A stretch of 63,984 nt of DNA, counting the filler, from an uncultured bacterium (GTDB lineage: Bacteria > CAYJRR01): NCBI GenBank assembly GCA_964372275.1. It is 3 parts of 3 records of this genome, joined end to end, with 100 filler letters (N's around TTAATTAATTAA, not from the genome) between each part and the next. Parts side by side here need not be neighbours in the genome. Positions count along the whole stretch, not along the records: positions 26,844 to 53,333 come from CAYJRR010000062.1; 2 more parts are not named here. The stretch is one strand, 5' to 3'. The notes beneath the pieces are model-generated. The model was not told the DNA's origin. It did not search any database and saw only the letters and a program-made list of their open reading frames with translations. Shown here one piece after another: positions 39,827-50,396 of this stretch. The position numbers and the translations under genes were made by a program. Numbering within the stretch: the stretch's first letter is position 1; each line of letters starts with the position of its first letter.

Positions 39827-41065
39827 TTACCTTTTGTCGCGGTGTTGGCGAACGATGTCCAGGACCTCGGTCTCGGTCAGAACCCGGTTCGACCGCTTGG
39901 CCCTCTCGACGATCCCCGCGACGAGCGCTGCGTCCGGCGCGATGTGTCGCCGCTCCAGCCAGAAGGTAACGTTCGCCTGGCCGCTCATGAAGCCGATCTC
40001 GATCTCCTGCTCCTTCCCGAACTCGCTGGCCGGCACCCCGCTGTAGACGCGGTCGGCCAGCCAGACGTCCCCCTTTCGCGCCGCCTTCAGGATCGCCGCC
40101 GCGTGGACACCGGTCGCGGTGCGGAACGCGTCCTTCCCGGCCACGGGATAATTTCGCGGGATTTCGTAGCCGCAGCTGCGCGACGCGAGCTCGCAATAGA
40201 GGAGTAGCTTGGACAGATCCTGGCTCGGGAGCATCCCCAAGAGCTTCAGGTTCATCAGCAGCTGGTCCATCGAGCAGTTGCCGACTCGCTCCCCGATCCC
40301 CAGCGCCGTGCCGTGGATCCGGTCGGCGCCGGCCTCGATCGCCCACAACGCGTTGGCCACCGCCATCCCGCGATCGTTGTGCCCGTGCCAGTCGATCTGC
40401 ACCGCCGCGCCCGTTCCCTTGATCAGATCTCGCGTCCAGCGGATGAGACTTCGGATCCCGTCGGGGGTGGCGTGTCCGACGGTGTCGCAGAGGCACAATC
40501 CGTGGGCCCCTTCGGCGATCGCCATCCGGAACAGCCGGTCGAGCGTGTCGGGCCGGCTGCGGATCGTGTCTTCGGTGACGTAGGTGCACGGCAGCCCGTT
40601 CTTCACCGCGAACGAGATCGCCTCCGCCGACTGGCGCGCGATGAAGTCGACGTTCCACTCCTCGGCGTACTGGCGGATCGGCGAGGAGCCGATGAACGCC
40701 ATCACCTCGATCGCCACGCCGGTCTTCTGCGAGATCTCCACGACCGGCTCGATGTCGCGCACCATCGTCCGGCAGGCGCAGCAGACCTGGAGTCGGAGCT
40801 TCGCGTCGCGGACCTCCGTCACCATCCGGAGCACGTCGTCGTACTGTCTCCGCCCGGCGCCGGGCAGTCCGACGTCGACGTGGTGGATCCCGAGCTGATC
40901 CATCAGGTGCAGGAGCTCGAGCTTGTCCTCGATCGCCGGATCGATCGCCGACGGGGACTGGATGCCGTCCCGGAGCGTCTCGTCCATGAAGCGGATCGGC
41001 TTGGAGGTGATCGGCCCGCGGGCCTCCACCGTGTTCCAGTCGTAGATCACGTCGTCGCGGCTCAT
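39827..41065 (-). CDS. LeuA-family (2-isopropylmalate/homocitrate/citramalate synthase-like) enzyme without regulatory domain
   Basis: DETLRDGIQS, LCDTVG, HGHNDRG, GIGERVGN. Confidence 0.88.
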   Translation of the reverse strand: MSRDDVIYDWNTVEARGPITSKPIRFMDETLRDGIQSPSAIDPAIEDKLELLHLMDQLGIHHVDVGLPGAGRRQYDDVLRMVTEVRDAKLRLQVCCACRTMVRDIEPVVEISQKTGVAIEVMAFIGSSPIRQYAEEWNVDFIARQSAEAISFAVKNGLPCTYVTEDTIRSRPDTLDRLFRMAIAEGAHGLCLCDTVGHATPDGIRSLIRWTRDLIKGTGAAVQIDWHGHNDRGMAVANALWAIEAGADRIHGTALGIGERVGNCSMDQLLMNLKLLGMLPSQDLSKLLLYCELASRSCGYEIPRNYPVAGKDAFRTATGVHAAAILKAARKGDVWLADRVYSGVPASEFGKEQEIEIGFMSGQANVTFWLERRHIAPDAALVAGIVERAKRSNRVLTETEVLDIVRQHRDKR

Positions 41066-41070
41066 CGTCG

Positions 41071-42579
41071 TCAGGCGCTCCGGTCGAGTCGGAACAGTTC
41101 ACGCAGCCGGCCCAGGATGCGCGTCGGTTCTCTCGCGGTGAGCGTCCGCGCCGCCTGCGCCGCCGCCACGTTCTCCTGCTCGCGACGCGCCAGGATCTCG
41201 GCGAGCGTTCCTGCGACCTCGGGGTGCGCGAGCAGCGCGTCGCGGAACGTCTCGCGGCCCAAGGTCAGCAGCAGGCAGTCGCTCGTCGCCACGACCGTCG
41301 CCGCCCGGGGATCGCCGGTGAGCAGGCTCATCTCGCCGAAATGGGCCCCGGCCTGGAGCGTCACCGGCGGCGCGTCGGCCCCCGTCGGAAGCCGCCGCCG
41401 GACCTCCACCTCCCCATGGGCGAGCAGGAAGAAGGTCTCGCCGGGGTCCCCCTGCCGCACGATCGTCTCGCCGGCGCCGAACTGCACGGCCCGCATGCGG
41501 TGCGCGAGTCGGTTGCGCGTGGCGTCGTCCAGCGCCCGGAGGAAATCGACCTCCGCCAGGAACCGCTCGGCCTCGACCGCCACCGAGGACGGGGCATCGC
41601 CGGTGTCGGCCTTCAGGATCGAATGCACCGTCCGGATCGGGAAGGGGATCGTCAGTCCCGCGCGGCGCAGCGCGTACCACAGCGCCGCGTGGACGGCGGA
41701 ATCGATCTCCAGCGCGTCCTGGAAACGGTCGATGAAGAACCGGACTTGGTAGATCACGGCCGAATCGCCGAACGAGGTGACGCGCACGATCGGCGGCGGT
41801 TCGCGCAGCACCCCGGGGATCCCCGATTCGAGCGATGCCAGGAGCGCGGTCCGCGCGGCGGACGGAGGGGTCTCGTAAGTGAGACCCACCTCCACCTTGC
41901 GCGCCGTCACCGGCGAGGGCCGGGAGTAGTTCACGAACTCGAGCTTGGTCAGGACGCTGTTCGGGACGAAGACCAGGTCCTCGTCGCGGGTGACCAGCGT
42001 CGTCGCGCGCCAGCCGAGCTCCTCGATCCGGCCGGTCGTCCCGCCGATCGAGACCCAGTCCCCCTTCTTGAACGGCCGCTCCACCTGGATGGCGAGGCCG
42101 GAGAAGACGTTCCCAAGGGTGTCCTGCAGCGCGAGTCCGATCACCACCGAGAGGAGTCCGGCGGTGGCGAACATCGACGCCAGGTCGACGTGGATCGTGA
42201 GGCGCAGCACCGCCGCGAAGGCGACCAGGTAGAGCCACGCCGCGATCACATCGCGGACGATCTTCGGCGTCTCGTGGTGCAGACGCATGCGCAGGAAGAC
42301 GTCGACGATCAGGATGGCGGCGATCCGCACCAGCGCGAAGGCGAAGAACAGGAGGCCCGTGATGCGAAGTCCTTCGCGCACCACGGACGACTCCGGCAGG
42401 TCGACGAGCCGGGCCGCGGCCTTCGTCGCGAGGAACAGGGCGAGCGCGAAGACCGGCCCCACGAGACGCTTGGCGATCGCCCGGTTCTCGAGCAGGAGGA
42501 TCGCCGTCAACGCGATCAGGAGGAGCACCAGGGCGCCGACGGTGCTCGCGAACTGTACGAGGAACTGGTCGATGGTCAT
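41071..42579 (-). CDS. MscS mechanosensitive channel with C-terminal cNMP-binding domain
   Basis: GLALQDTLGNVFSG, PFKKGDWV, VPNS, IPFP, FGEMSLLTGDPRAATV. Confidence 0.93.
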   Translation of the reverse strand: MTIDQFLVQFASTVGALVLLLIALTAILLLENRAIAKRLVGPVFALALFLATKAAARLVDLPESSVVREGLRITGLLFFAFALVRIAAILIVDVFLRMRLHHETPKIVRDVIAAWLYLVAFAAVLRLTIHVDLASMFATAGLLSVVIGLALQDTLGNVFSGLAIQVERPFKKGDWVSIGGTTGRIEELGWRATTLVTRDEDLVFVPNSVLTKLEFVNYSRPSPVTARKVEVGLTYETPPSAARTALLASLESGIPGVLREPPPIVRVTSFGDSAVIYQVRFFIDRFQDALEIDSAVHAALWYALRRAGLTIPFPIRTVHSILKADTGDAPSSVAVEAERFLAEVDFLRALDDATRNRLAHRMRAVQFGAGETIVRQGDPGETFFLLAHGEVEVRRRLPTGADAPPVTLQAGAHFGEMSLLTGDPRAATVVATSDCLLLTLGRETFRDALLAHPEVAGTLAEILARREQENVAAAQAARTLTAREPTRILGRLRELFRLDRSA

Positions 42580-42610
42580 CGCGGACGGGTTCGAGGTAGA
42601 AGGATCCCCG

Positions 42611-43591
42611 ATGCGCCTCGCTTTGCCAATCGGTCTCGCCGCGTGGGTCCTTTCCGCCGCGTGCGCGCCGAGACCGCGCGGCGAGACCCAGAGCCACCGT
42701 CCGCCGGCCCCCGGAATCGTCCGTTCGAGGCCCGTCGTCTCGTCGCGGATCGCCTGGCCGGACGGGACGCCGGCGGGGGCGCTGCTCGGGATCTCCGCGA
42801 TCGGGCCCGGGCGGGCTCTGGCCGTCGGAAGCCCCGGTGCGGCGTGGATCGACGGAGGGTCGGTCCGCGTCGAGAACCGCGCGGGGTTCGTCCCCACCGC
42901 CGTCTGGGCCGAAGGGGCGCGGTTCGCGCTCGCCGTCGGCTACGGCGGCACGTCGGAGATGTGGGACGGCCGACGATGGGAGAAGGTCGTCACCGGCACC
43001 ACCGCCGATCTGCTCGCGCTCTGGGGTCGCCGCGGTCCGGGTCGCCGCCTGGTCTACGCCGCCGGCACGCGGGGCGCGATCCTTCACTGGTCCGGCGGCC
43101 GGTGGCAGTCGGTCCCCGCGCCCGAGTGGATGACGGTGACCGCGCTCGCCGGCGACGCCGACGTCCGGTGGGCGGTCGGCTTTCGCGCCGGCTCCGGGGA
43201 GCCGCCCGACGGCGCGATTCTCACGCGCCACGAGGGGCGCTGGATCGACGCCTGTCCCGCGCTCGCCTGCGGGGCGGCGATCTACGCCGCCTGGACGCCC
43301 GGCGGCGACGAGCTGTGGACCGCCGGCTCGCGCGGCGAGCTGGTGCGCTACGTCGGTTCCCGATCGGAGGTGATCCGCACCGGCACCGGCGAGGACCTGC
43401 TCGCGATCTGGGGCACCGGCTCGAACGACCTGTTCGTCGCGGGGGCATCGGGGGTGCTGCTGCACGGCAACGGAACGGCTTGGGAGCGGATCGACGCCGG
43501 CGAGGTCGACCTTCGGGCCGTCGACGGGCTTCCGACCGGCGAGGGGTGGGTCGCCGGCGAGGACGGCACGATCACCCACCTCGCGCCGTAG
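42611..43591 (+). CDS. beta-propeller (WD40/YVTN/BNR-like) lipoprotein
   Basis: LSAAC lipobox; repeated DLLA.WG...VG..G.ILHW.G..W units. Confidence 0.75.
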   Translation: MRLALPIGLAAWVLSAACAPRPRGETQSHRPPAPGIVRSRPVVSSRIAWPDGTPAGALLGISAIGPGRALAVGSPGAAWIDGGSVRVENRAGFVPTAVWAEGARFALAVGYGGTSEMWDGRRWEKVVTGTTADLLALWGRRGPGRRLVYAAGTRGAILHWSGGRWQSVPAPEWMTVTALAGDADVRWAVGFRAGSGEPPDGAILTRHEGRWIDACPALACGAAIYAAWTPGGDELWTAGSRGELVRYVGSRSEVIRTGTGEDLLAIWGTGSNDLFVAGASGVLLHGNGTAWERIDAGEVDLRAVDGLPTGEGWVAGEDGTITHLAP

Positions 43592-43625
43592 GCTCCGCGC
43601 GGCGGAACGCGTACCCGGCGCCGGC

Positions 43626-45122
43626 CTACCAGGCGATCGAGCGGCCGACGATCAGGCCACCGGCACCGACGACCAGTCCCGCCGTCGCGGCGCTCCGGGC
43701 CGCGGGCCGGTCGTCACGGACCAGAACGCCGACCGAGAGCGCGCCGACGAGGATCCCGCCCGCGGCGATGCGCCAGCCGGTCCGCCGCCGGGCGCTCGAC
43801 CGATCCCGAGGGACGACCGGCGACGGCACGGGGATCGAGGGGTCGGTCGGCGGTCGCAGGTCGAAGGTGAGAACGCGGTGGCCGTCGTGCGCCACGTCGA
43901 CCACCGTGCGCCGCGCGCCGTCGTCGGCGCGGACGTCGACCACGTGTCGACCCGGCGACACCGACCACCGCGTCACGGGCGTGGCGCCGATGCGCTCGCC
44001 GTCGACGATCACCAGCGCTCCGGCGGGCTCGGTCTCGACCGAGAGGAATCCGCGCGATTCCGGGTGCTCGAGCCGCACGCACGACTCCTCGGCCGGTCGA
44101 ACGTCGACCTGGGTCCGCGTCTCGCGCGTCCCCGGTTTCCGTCCGACCACGACGTGACTCCCCGCGGCGAGGTCGAGCGTCACCGGCGTGCGTCCGACGG
44201 CCAGCGAATCGACGAACACCTCGACCGAGTCGCCGGTCACCGCCAGCGTCCCCCGGGGGCGCGCGACGAGCGCCAGACGCACGGCCGACCGTTGCAGCAC
44301 GACGATCGACGTCGACGTCTCGACCTCCTCGGCGACGACGCGTATCCGGTGCGGTCCGGCGCCGACGAGCGCCTCCGCTCGAGGCGCGCGTCCGATCTCC
44401 ACGCCGTCGATCTCGATGCGCGCTCCGTCGGGCTTGGCGTCGACGACCACCGACGCCTTCGGGAAGACCGACGCGTGCCGGACCAGGAACCGCTTCACCG
44501 CGCGCGACGAAAGGCTCCAGTTCAGCGACTGCGCCGCCGGGTCCCCCTGCGCGACGACCCCGACCAGACGGCCGCTCCGGTCGAGGAGCGGGCCGCCCGA
44601 GTTCCCGGGATTGAGCGGCAACTGCGTCTGGATCATCGAGGCCGAGAAGAGGTTCGACACGATCCCCTCGTTCATGCTCCAGCCGAACCCCTTCGGGTGA
44701 CCGATCGCCACGACGCGCTCGCCGACGGCGAGAGGTCCGCCGATCTCGATCCAGGGAACGGGCTCGGCGACGTCGACCTTCACGATCGCAAGATCGAGGA
44801 CCGGGTCGGCGGCGAGCAGACGACCTTCGTGGTGGGCGCCCGACTGGGTCGTCACCTGCACCCGCTGCGCGTCGCCGACGACGTGGGCGCAGGTGACGAT
44901 GAAGCCGTCGGGCCGGATGAAGGTGCCGCTCCCCTGGCCGTCGGGCACGGCGATCGCCACCACCGCCGCCGCGCGACCCCGGTAGATCGCCCCGGGATCG
45001 GCTCCGTCGACGGGCGTCGGCGTCGGGCTCCCGTCGGGCTCCCGCGTCGATAGCAGGTCGTCGTGAAACGCCGACGGCAGCCCCCCCAGAAGCCCCGCCA
45101 GCATGATCCAGCCGATCGGCAT
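43626..45122 (-). CDS. trypsin-like S1C serine protease with PEGA domains and C-terminal TMs
   Basis: GSGTF, TCAHV, DLAI, NPGNSGGP; three PEGA-like repeats (ETEPAGALVIVDG..IGATP). Confidence 0.88.
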   Translation of the reverse strand: MPIGWIMLAGLLGGLPSAFHDDLLSTREPDGSPTPTPVDGADPGAIYRGRAAAVVAIAVPDGQGSGTFIRPDGFIVTCAHVVGDAQRVQVTTQSGAHHEGRLLAADPVLDLAIVKVDVAEPVPWIEIGGPLAVGERVVAIGHPKGFGWSMNEGIVSNLFSASMIQTQLPLNPGNSGGPLLDRSGRLVGVVAQGDPAAQSLNWSLSSRAVKRFLVRHASVFPKASVVVDAKPDGARIEIDGVEIGRAPRAEALVGAGPHRIRVVAEEVETSTSIVVLQRSAVRLALVARPRGTLAVTGDSVEVFVDSLAVGRTPVTLDLAAGSHVVVGRKPGTRETRTQVDVRPAEESCVRLEHPESRGFLSVETEPAGALVIVDGERIGATPVTRWSVSPGRHVVDVRADDGARRTVVDVAHDGHRVLTFDLRPPTDPSIPVPSPVVPRDRSSARRRTGWRIAAGGILVGALSVGVLVRDDRPAARSAATAGLVVGAGGLIVGRSIAW

Positions 45123-45260
45123 GCCGGATTCGACCCCCCTTCCGGTGCTGTGACGGCCCGGACAGGGGCCCCCGACCCGGACGGTGGTGTCGCGCTCTAA
45201 GCTCGTCAAATTCCAATGCAAACCGCTGTGACCGGGGGTTACAATTAGAGCGGGGGAACG

Positions 45261-47465
45261 TTGCCTACGCCCGGGAGCCGGTTCGGGAACTACCTCCTGC
45301 ACGAGAAGCTCGCCGTCGGTGGGATGGGGGAGCTTTACCTCGCGACGGCGGTGGGGGCGGCACCGGGGACACCGCCGTGCGTCCTCAAGATCCTGCTCGA
45401 GGAGTACCTGACCGATCCCAGCTTCGTCTCGATGTTCCACGACGAGGCCCGCATCGGAATGCAACTGGCGCACGCCAACATCGTCGGCGTCCAGGACGTG
45501 GGACGCGTCGGCGAGATCCCGTACTTCGTCCTCGAATACGTCCACGGGGAGAACCTGCGCCGCGTGTTGCGCGAGCTCTCGGAGCGCGGCGAGCGCCTTC
45601 CGATCGAGCTCGCGATCCGGCTGACGATCGAGGTGCTGCACGCCCTCGACCACGCCCATCGCGCGCGCGATGCGAAGGGGCGCGACCTGCACCTGGTCCA
45701 CCGCGACCTGTCCCCCGACAACGTGATGATCTCGTTCGACGGCGACGTGAAGGTGCTCGACTTCGGGATCGCCAAGGCCGACGGACGCGAGACGAAGACG
45801 CAGTTCGGAATCCTCAAGGGGAAGGCGCAGTACATGTCGCCGGAGCAGGCGCTGGGGCAGGAGGTCGACGCGCGCACCGACCTCTACGCGGTCGGGCTCG
45901 TGCTGCTGGAGATGATCACCGGCGAGCGGCGATTCGCGATCGACGCCGAGCCGGTGCAGATGATCCGCGACGCGCGCACCTGGGTGCCGAAGGGGCCTTC
46001 GGAGAGCGATCCGCGCCTTCCGGTCGAGCTCGACGCGATCGTCCTGAAGGCTCTGCTGCCGGAGCCGGAGCGGCGCTGGCAGACGGCGGACGAGTTCGCC
46101 AGCGTCCTCACCCGTCTGCTGCGCGAGAACAAGCTCCCGCGGGCGAACGAAAATCTGCCGAAGCTCCTGCGCCGGCTCTTCCCGGATCGCGCCGAGCCGT
46201 TCCTGATGGTCGATCGAGGGGACGCCTCGGAGACGCAACCGGCGGTCGAAGCACGGCCGCGGCGAGAGCCCGCGGAGTCGAACGCCGCGATGCTCAACGC
46301 CGAGGAGACGCTCGACGACGGTCCCGAATCGACACAGACGTCACAGGCCTTCCGGCCCTCCGAGGTCTCCGAAACCGCCGACGCGATCGGCGACGCACCG
46401 GCCGAAGCGACGATGGAACGATCGACCACGTCGCGCGCGATCCAGGTTCCCGGGCCGCCGCCGGACCGGCGATCGCGCATTGCCGAAGCGATGGAGATTC
46501 CGGCTCCGGAGTCGACGGTGGTGGTGCCGAAGAAGAGCGAGGCCCGAGCAAACGGCGACGCCCCACGGGTGGCGGGCCGCGCCACCGCGCCGCGCGCGCC
46601 CCGCCCGACCGGCGTCGTCGGCCGCGATCGCGGGCCGTCGCGGGTGGTCGAGGAGCCGCCCGACGAGCCGACGTTCGGCGGTCGCAAGTCGCTCGCCTCG
46701 ACGGTGCGCGAGGCGGAGGAGCGCGAGCACACGCACGCGCGGATCCAGATGCTCCCCGCCGACCCGCCGACCCGCCGACCCCGCCGCACCCCGGCCACGG
46801 TGCCGGTTCGGAAGAAGAAGGGGGGCGCTCTCTTCAAGGTCTTCTTCGTCCTGGTGATGGTCGGGGTGACGTTCGGCGGGGCGACGATGGCCGGAGGGGT
46901 TCCGCCCGCGCTCCTCGACCGGTTGCCGCCGTCGTTGCGGGCCCTCCTCGCGCCGAAGACCCGCGGAGCGGCGCGTGGGACCGTCCCCGCTCCCGGAGCG
47001 ACCAACGGAACGGGATCCGACGCGTCGACGGCGCCGGCCGGCGGCTCCACCGCCGCAGGCCCGACCGCGGCGGAGGCCGAGAAGGGGCCCTCGGCGGCCG
47101 GTACGGCCGCCAATCCGTTCGCGCTGGCCACCAGCGTCCCGTCGCCGACGCCGGCGCCGCCGAAATTTGCCGCGAAGCCACCCGTCGGGCCGACGGCGGC
47201 ACGCACCCCCGCCGTGCGAAAGGGAGGGGCCGAAGCCGCCGATCCGACGAAGGTGAGCGTGCGGATCCTGTCGACCCCACCCGGGCTGGAGGTCTTGGTC
47301 GACGGAAAAGGGACCGGCCGCAAGACCCCGACCACGGTTCAGTTCGACGCCGGTCCACGGGTCCTCTCGATCGAAGCCGCCGGCTACCGCCCCTGGACCT
47401 TCGAGGAGACGTTCGCCCCCGGCATGACCCTGATGCTACGCGCCGACCTCCAAAAAGGTCCGTAG
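45261..47465 (+). CDS. membrane Ser/Thr protein kinase with PEGA domain
   Basis: LAVGGMGE, HRDLSPDN, DFGIAK, GKAQYMSPEQ, TM, STPPGLEVLVDG. Confidence 0.95.
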   Translation: MPTPGSRFGNYLLHEKLAVGGMGELYLATAVGAAPGTPPCVLKILLEEYLTDPSFVSMFHDEARIGMQLAHANIVGVQDVGRVGEIPYFVLEYVHGENLRRVLRELSERGERLPIELAIRLTIEVLHALDHAHRARDAKGRDLHLVHRDLSPDNVMISFDGDVKVLDFGIAKADGRETKTQFGILKGKAQYMSPEQALGQEVDARTDLYAVGLVLLEMITGERRFAIDAEPVQMIRDARTWVPKGPSESDPRLPVELDAIVLKALLPEPERRWQTADEFASVLTRLLRENKLPRANENLPKLLRRLFPDRAEPFLMVDRGDASETQPAVEARPRREPAESNAAMLNAEETLDDGPESTQTSQAFRPSEVSETADAIGDAPAEATMERSTTSRAIQVPGPPPDRRSRIAEAMEIPAPESTVVVPKKSEARANGDAPRVAGRATAPRAPRPTGVVGRDRGPSRVVEEPPDEPTFGGRKSLASTVREAEEREHTHARIQMLPADPPTRRPRRTPATVPVRKKKGGALFKVFFVLVMVGVTFGGATMAGGVPPALLDRLPPSLRALLAPKTRGAARGTVPAPGATNGTGSDASTAPAGGSTAAGPTAAEAEKGPSAAGTAANPFALATSVPSPTPAPPKFAAKPPVGPTAARTPAVRKGGAEAADPTKVSVRILSTPPGLEVLVDGKGTGRKTPTTVQFDAGPRVLSIEAAGYRPWTFEETFAPGMTLMLRADLQKGP

Positions 47466-47575
47466 CAACGGCGAGGGGGCGCGTCGGGGGTCGGAAACGA
47501 TCGTTGGCGTGACCGGTTCCATCGCCACGCGTTGCGAAAACAGCCCCTTCGGCGGTATCTTGGAGCGGGCTGTGG

Positions 47576-50362
47576 ATGAGTCGGGATCCGCTGGCCTCGT
47601 GGCGCAACGGGAGGCTGTCTGTGCGACCGATCCGCATTCGCAACGGGCTTTTGGCCGCGCTCGTCGCGGCCGGTGCAACCCTGCTTCAGGCCGACGTTTT
47701 CGCCAATGAGACCGAGCCCGCCGTCGCCCTGGCCCCGAGCTTGACCGGCGACACGGGCGTCCTTCGCGCCGTCTCCGCGCGTACCGGCAACGTCGGCTTT
47801 TGGGACATCGGCGCCCACGGGATGTACTTCCAGCAACGGGGATTCATTGCCGAGGACGACTACGACGAGTTTACCGGCGCCTTCGGATCGATCTCCTGGG
47901 CCCCCCTCCGATGGCTCGAGCTCTACAGCTCGAGCACCCTTCGGGAGAACTTCAACTCCACCGCCGACCCGAACCTCGACCACGCCAACGGCGCGATCCA
48001 GCTCGGACTGAAGTTGTCGGCGCCGATCACCGGCTGGCGCGGTCCGGTCTGGCTCGCGCTGCGCGCCGGCACCCGATCGCCGCCGAACGTCGACAAGATC
48101 CAGTTCCGCGGCGACACCTTCGGCGCGGAGGTGACCGGAATCTTCACCTTCGACATGACCGAGCGGCTGCTGCCCGGCACCAGCATGTACTTCCCGCTGC
48201 GGATCCACGGAAACTTTGGCTACATCTACGACCGCTCCGGGATCCTGCGCGTGCCCGAGGAGAATCCGGCGCGCACCTTCGCCCTCGATCTCCACGACCG
48301 CAACCGGACCATCTACGCGGCGGCGATCGAGTTCCCGTTCCGCTACGCGACGCCTTTCTTCGAGATCAGCGGCGCGAATCCGAACGGCGTTCCGCCGGAG
48401 GCGCGCCCGTCGATCCTGACGCCGGGGGTCCGCATCACGCCGATCCGCGGGCTGGCCCTCGACCTGGCGGTCGACATCGGCCGCACCACCGAGCGCGTCG
48501 ACGGCCTGCCGATGACGCCGAAGACCCAGTTCACGGTCGGCGCCTCGTACGCCTTCGCCTCGCAGCAGGTCTACCGCGAGCGGTTCGAGGAGTCGGGAGA
48601 GTTGACCGCCGAGGCCAAGCGGCAGATCGCGGCGCTCAAAGCCGAGGTCGAGGCGGAGAAGGTCAAGACGGCCGAGATCGAGCGGAAGATGCAGCGCGCG
48701 ATGTTGCCGGCGGAGGATGCGTGGCTCCTGATCGACCGCCTGGAGGGGACGATCAAGGAGGCGGCGACGCAGCTCAAGCAGCTCGACAACATGGACGGCG
48801 TCAGCGCGGGCGATGCGGCGCTGCGCGCGCTCGCCGCCGCCCGCCGGGCGCAGGAGGCGACCCGCAAGGGCTCGATCGAAGAGGCGATGGCGGCGGCGGC
48901 CGAAGCCGAGGCCGCGGCCAAGGAGGCGGAGGCGGCGGCGCTGCGCGCGAAGGCGAGCGGCGATCCGGAGGTGATCCGGCGAGCCGACCAGGCGGCGATG
49001 GCGGCGCGTCGCATCGCGGAGCTGACCCGCCAGGGGGTCACCAGCGCCAGCGTGGCGATGCGCGACCCGCAGGTGATGGAGCTGTGGCAGATCGCGCGCG
49101 AAGAGGCGATCAAGGCCGACAACTTCCGCAAGCGACTAGGGGACACCGAACCGGTGATGCCGGTCTCGGGCCCGACCGCCAACGCGGCGGCGGCGGTGCT
49201 CAAGGCGGTCGAGGCGGGGGAGAAGGGGAACCTGGCCGAAGCGGAGCTTTCGGTGGTGCAGGCCGAGAAGGAGGCCGCGAAGGCCGTTTCGGGGGCGCAG
49301 GCGATCAAGAAGGATCCCTCGGCCGAGATGCAGAAGCTCAGCCGTCCGGCGGAGGTCACCTCCGGCTCGGCGAAGAAGGCGGCGGTGGCGGCGCGAAACG
49401 CCCTCGACAACAGCCGCCGCGTCGTCGGGGCGATGGCGAGCAAGTCGGGCGGCCGCTTCTCGGACGCGGCGTTCCGGGGGGTGGTGCTCGATTCGCGGAA
49501 CTTCGCTCCGATCGGCGACGCGATCGTGTCGTTCCCCGACACCAACCTCTCGCGGATCCTCGCCGACGCCAACAGCGGCTTCTTCCGCTCCTACACCTTC
49601 CCGCCCGGCCTCGTGAACGTGGCGGTGACCAAGACCGGCTACGAAACGCTTCTCCAACCGGTGACGATCAAGTCGGACGGCGACCCGGTGGTGAAGTTCC
49701 TCCTCAAGAAGGAGGGGAAGTCGAGCACCATCTCCGAGGACACCCCGGGCATCTTCAAGGGGAACATCGTCGACGACAAGGGGCAGGCGGTGGCAGCGAC
49801 GCTTTCCTTCCCCGACGCGCCGTTCACGCAGGACGAGATCCCGACGACCGGGGCCTTCTCGTTGAAGCTTCCGCCCGGTCTCTACCAGGTCGACGCCAAG
49901 GCGCCCGGCTTCCTGTTGCAGGGCCGCCGGATCTCGGTCGGTCCGGGCGAGACGGTGGTCTACGACTTCGTGCTGCGGCCGATCCCGAAGGACCGACGCG
50001 CCGAGTCGGAGGGGAACCGGATCGCGCTCAAGGACGTCATCAACTTCGCCACCAACAGGGACGTGATCCAGGCCGACTCTTTCTCGATCCTGGACGAGGT
50101 CACCGACATCATCCTCTCCAATCCGGACTACAAGCTGGTGCGGGTGGAGGGGCACACCGACGACGTCGGTGGGGCCGCCTACAACCTGGCCCTTTCCGAC
50201 CGGCGCGCGAAGGCGGTGGTGAACTACCTCGTCAACAAGGGGGTCCCGCCGGAGCGGGTGCAGGCCGTCGGCTGGGGAAAGGCCAAGCCGATGAGCGAGG
50301 GGACCGACGAGACGGCGCGGGCGCTCAACCGGCGCGTCGAGTTCAACATCCTGAAGAATTGA
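47576..50362 (+). CDS. OmpA-family outer membrane protein: beta-barrel, long coiled coil, two carboxypeptidase-regulatory-like domains, OmpA C-terminus
   Basis: Signal peptide, amphipathic strands, Ala/Glu/Lys-rich helix, VEGHTDD..YNLALSDRRA..NRRVEF. Confidence 0.88.
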   Translation: MSRDPLASWRNGRLSVRPIRIRNGLLAALVAAGATLLQADVFANETEPAVALAPSLTGDTGVLRAVSARTGNVGFWDIGAHGMYFQQRGFIAEDDYDEFTGAFGSISWAPLRWLELYSSSTLRENFNSTADPNLDHANGAIQLGLKLSAPITGWRGPVWLALRAGTRSPPNVDKIQFRGDTFGAEVTGIFTFDMTERLLPGTSMYFPLRIHGNFGYIYDRSGILRVPEENPARTFALDLHDRNRTIYAAAIEFPFRYATPFFEISGANPNGVPPEARPSILTPGVRITPIRGLALDLAVDIGRTTERVDGLPMTPKTQFTVGASYAFASQQVYRERFEESGELTAEAKRQIAALKAEVEAEKVKTAEIERKMQRAMLPAEDAWLLIDRLEGTIKEAATQLKQLDNMDGVSAGDAALRALAAARRAQEATRKGSIEEAMAAAAEAEAAAKEAEAAALRAKASGDPEVIRRADQAAMAARRIAELTRQGVTSASVAMRDPQVMELWQIAREEAIKADNFRKRLGDTEPVMPVSGPTANAAAAVLKAVEAGEKGNLAEAELSVVQAEKEAAKAVSGAQAIKKDPSAEMQKLSRPAEVTSGSAKKAAVAARNALDNSRRVVGAMASKSGGRFSDAAFRGVVLDSRNFAPIGDAIVSFPDTNLSRILADANSGFFRSYTFPPGLVNVAVTKTGYETLLQPVTIKSDGDPVVKFLLKKEGKSSTISEDTPGIFKGNIVDDKGQAVAATLSFPDAPFTQDEIPTTGAFSLKLPPGLYQVDAKAPGFLLQGRRISVGPGETVVYDFVLRPIPKDRRAESEGNRIALKDVINFATNRDVIQADSFSILDEVTDIILSNPDYKLVRVEGHTDDVGGAAYNLALSDRRAKAVVNYLVNKGVPPERVQAVGWGKAKPMSEGTDETARALNRRVEFNILKN

Positions 50363-50396
50363 ACGCGCGCCGAAGGCGGCCTACGCTACCGGTCGA

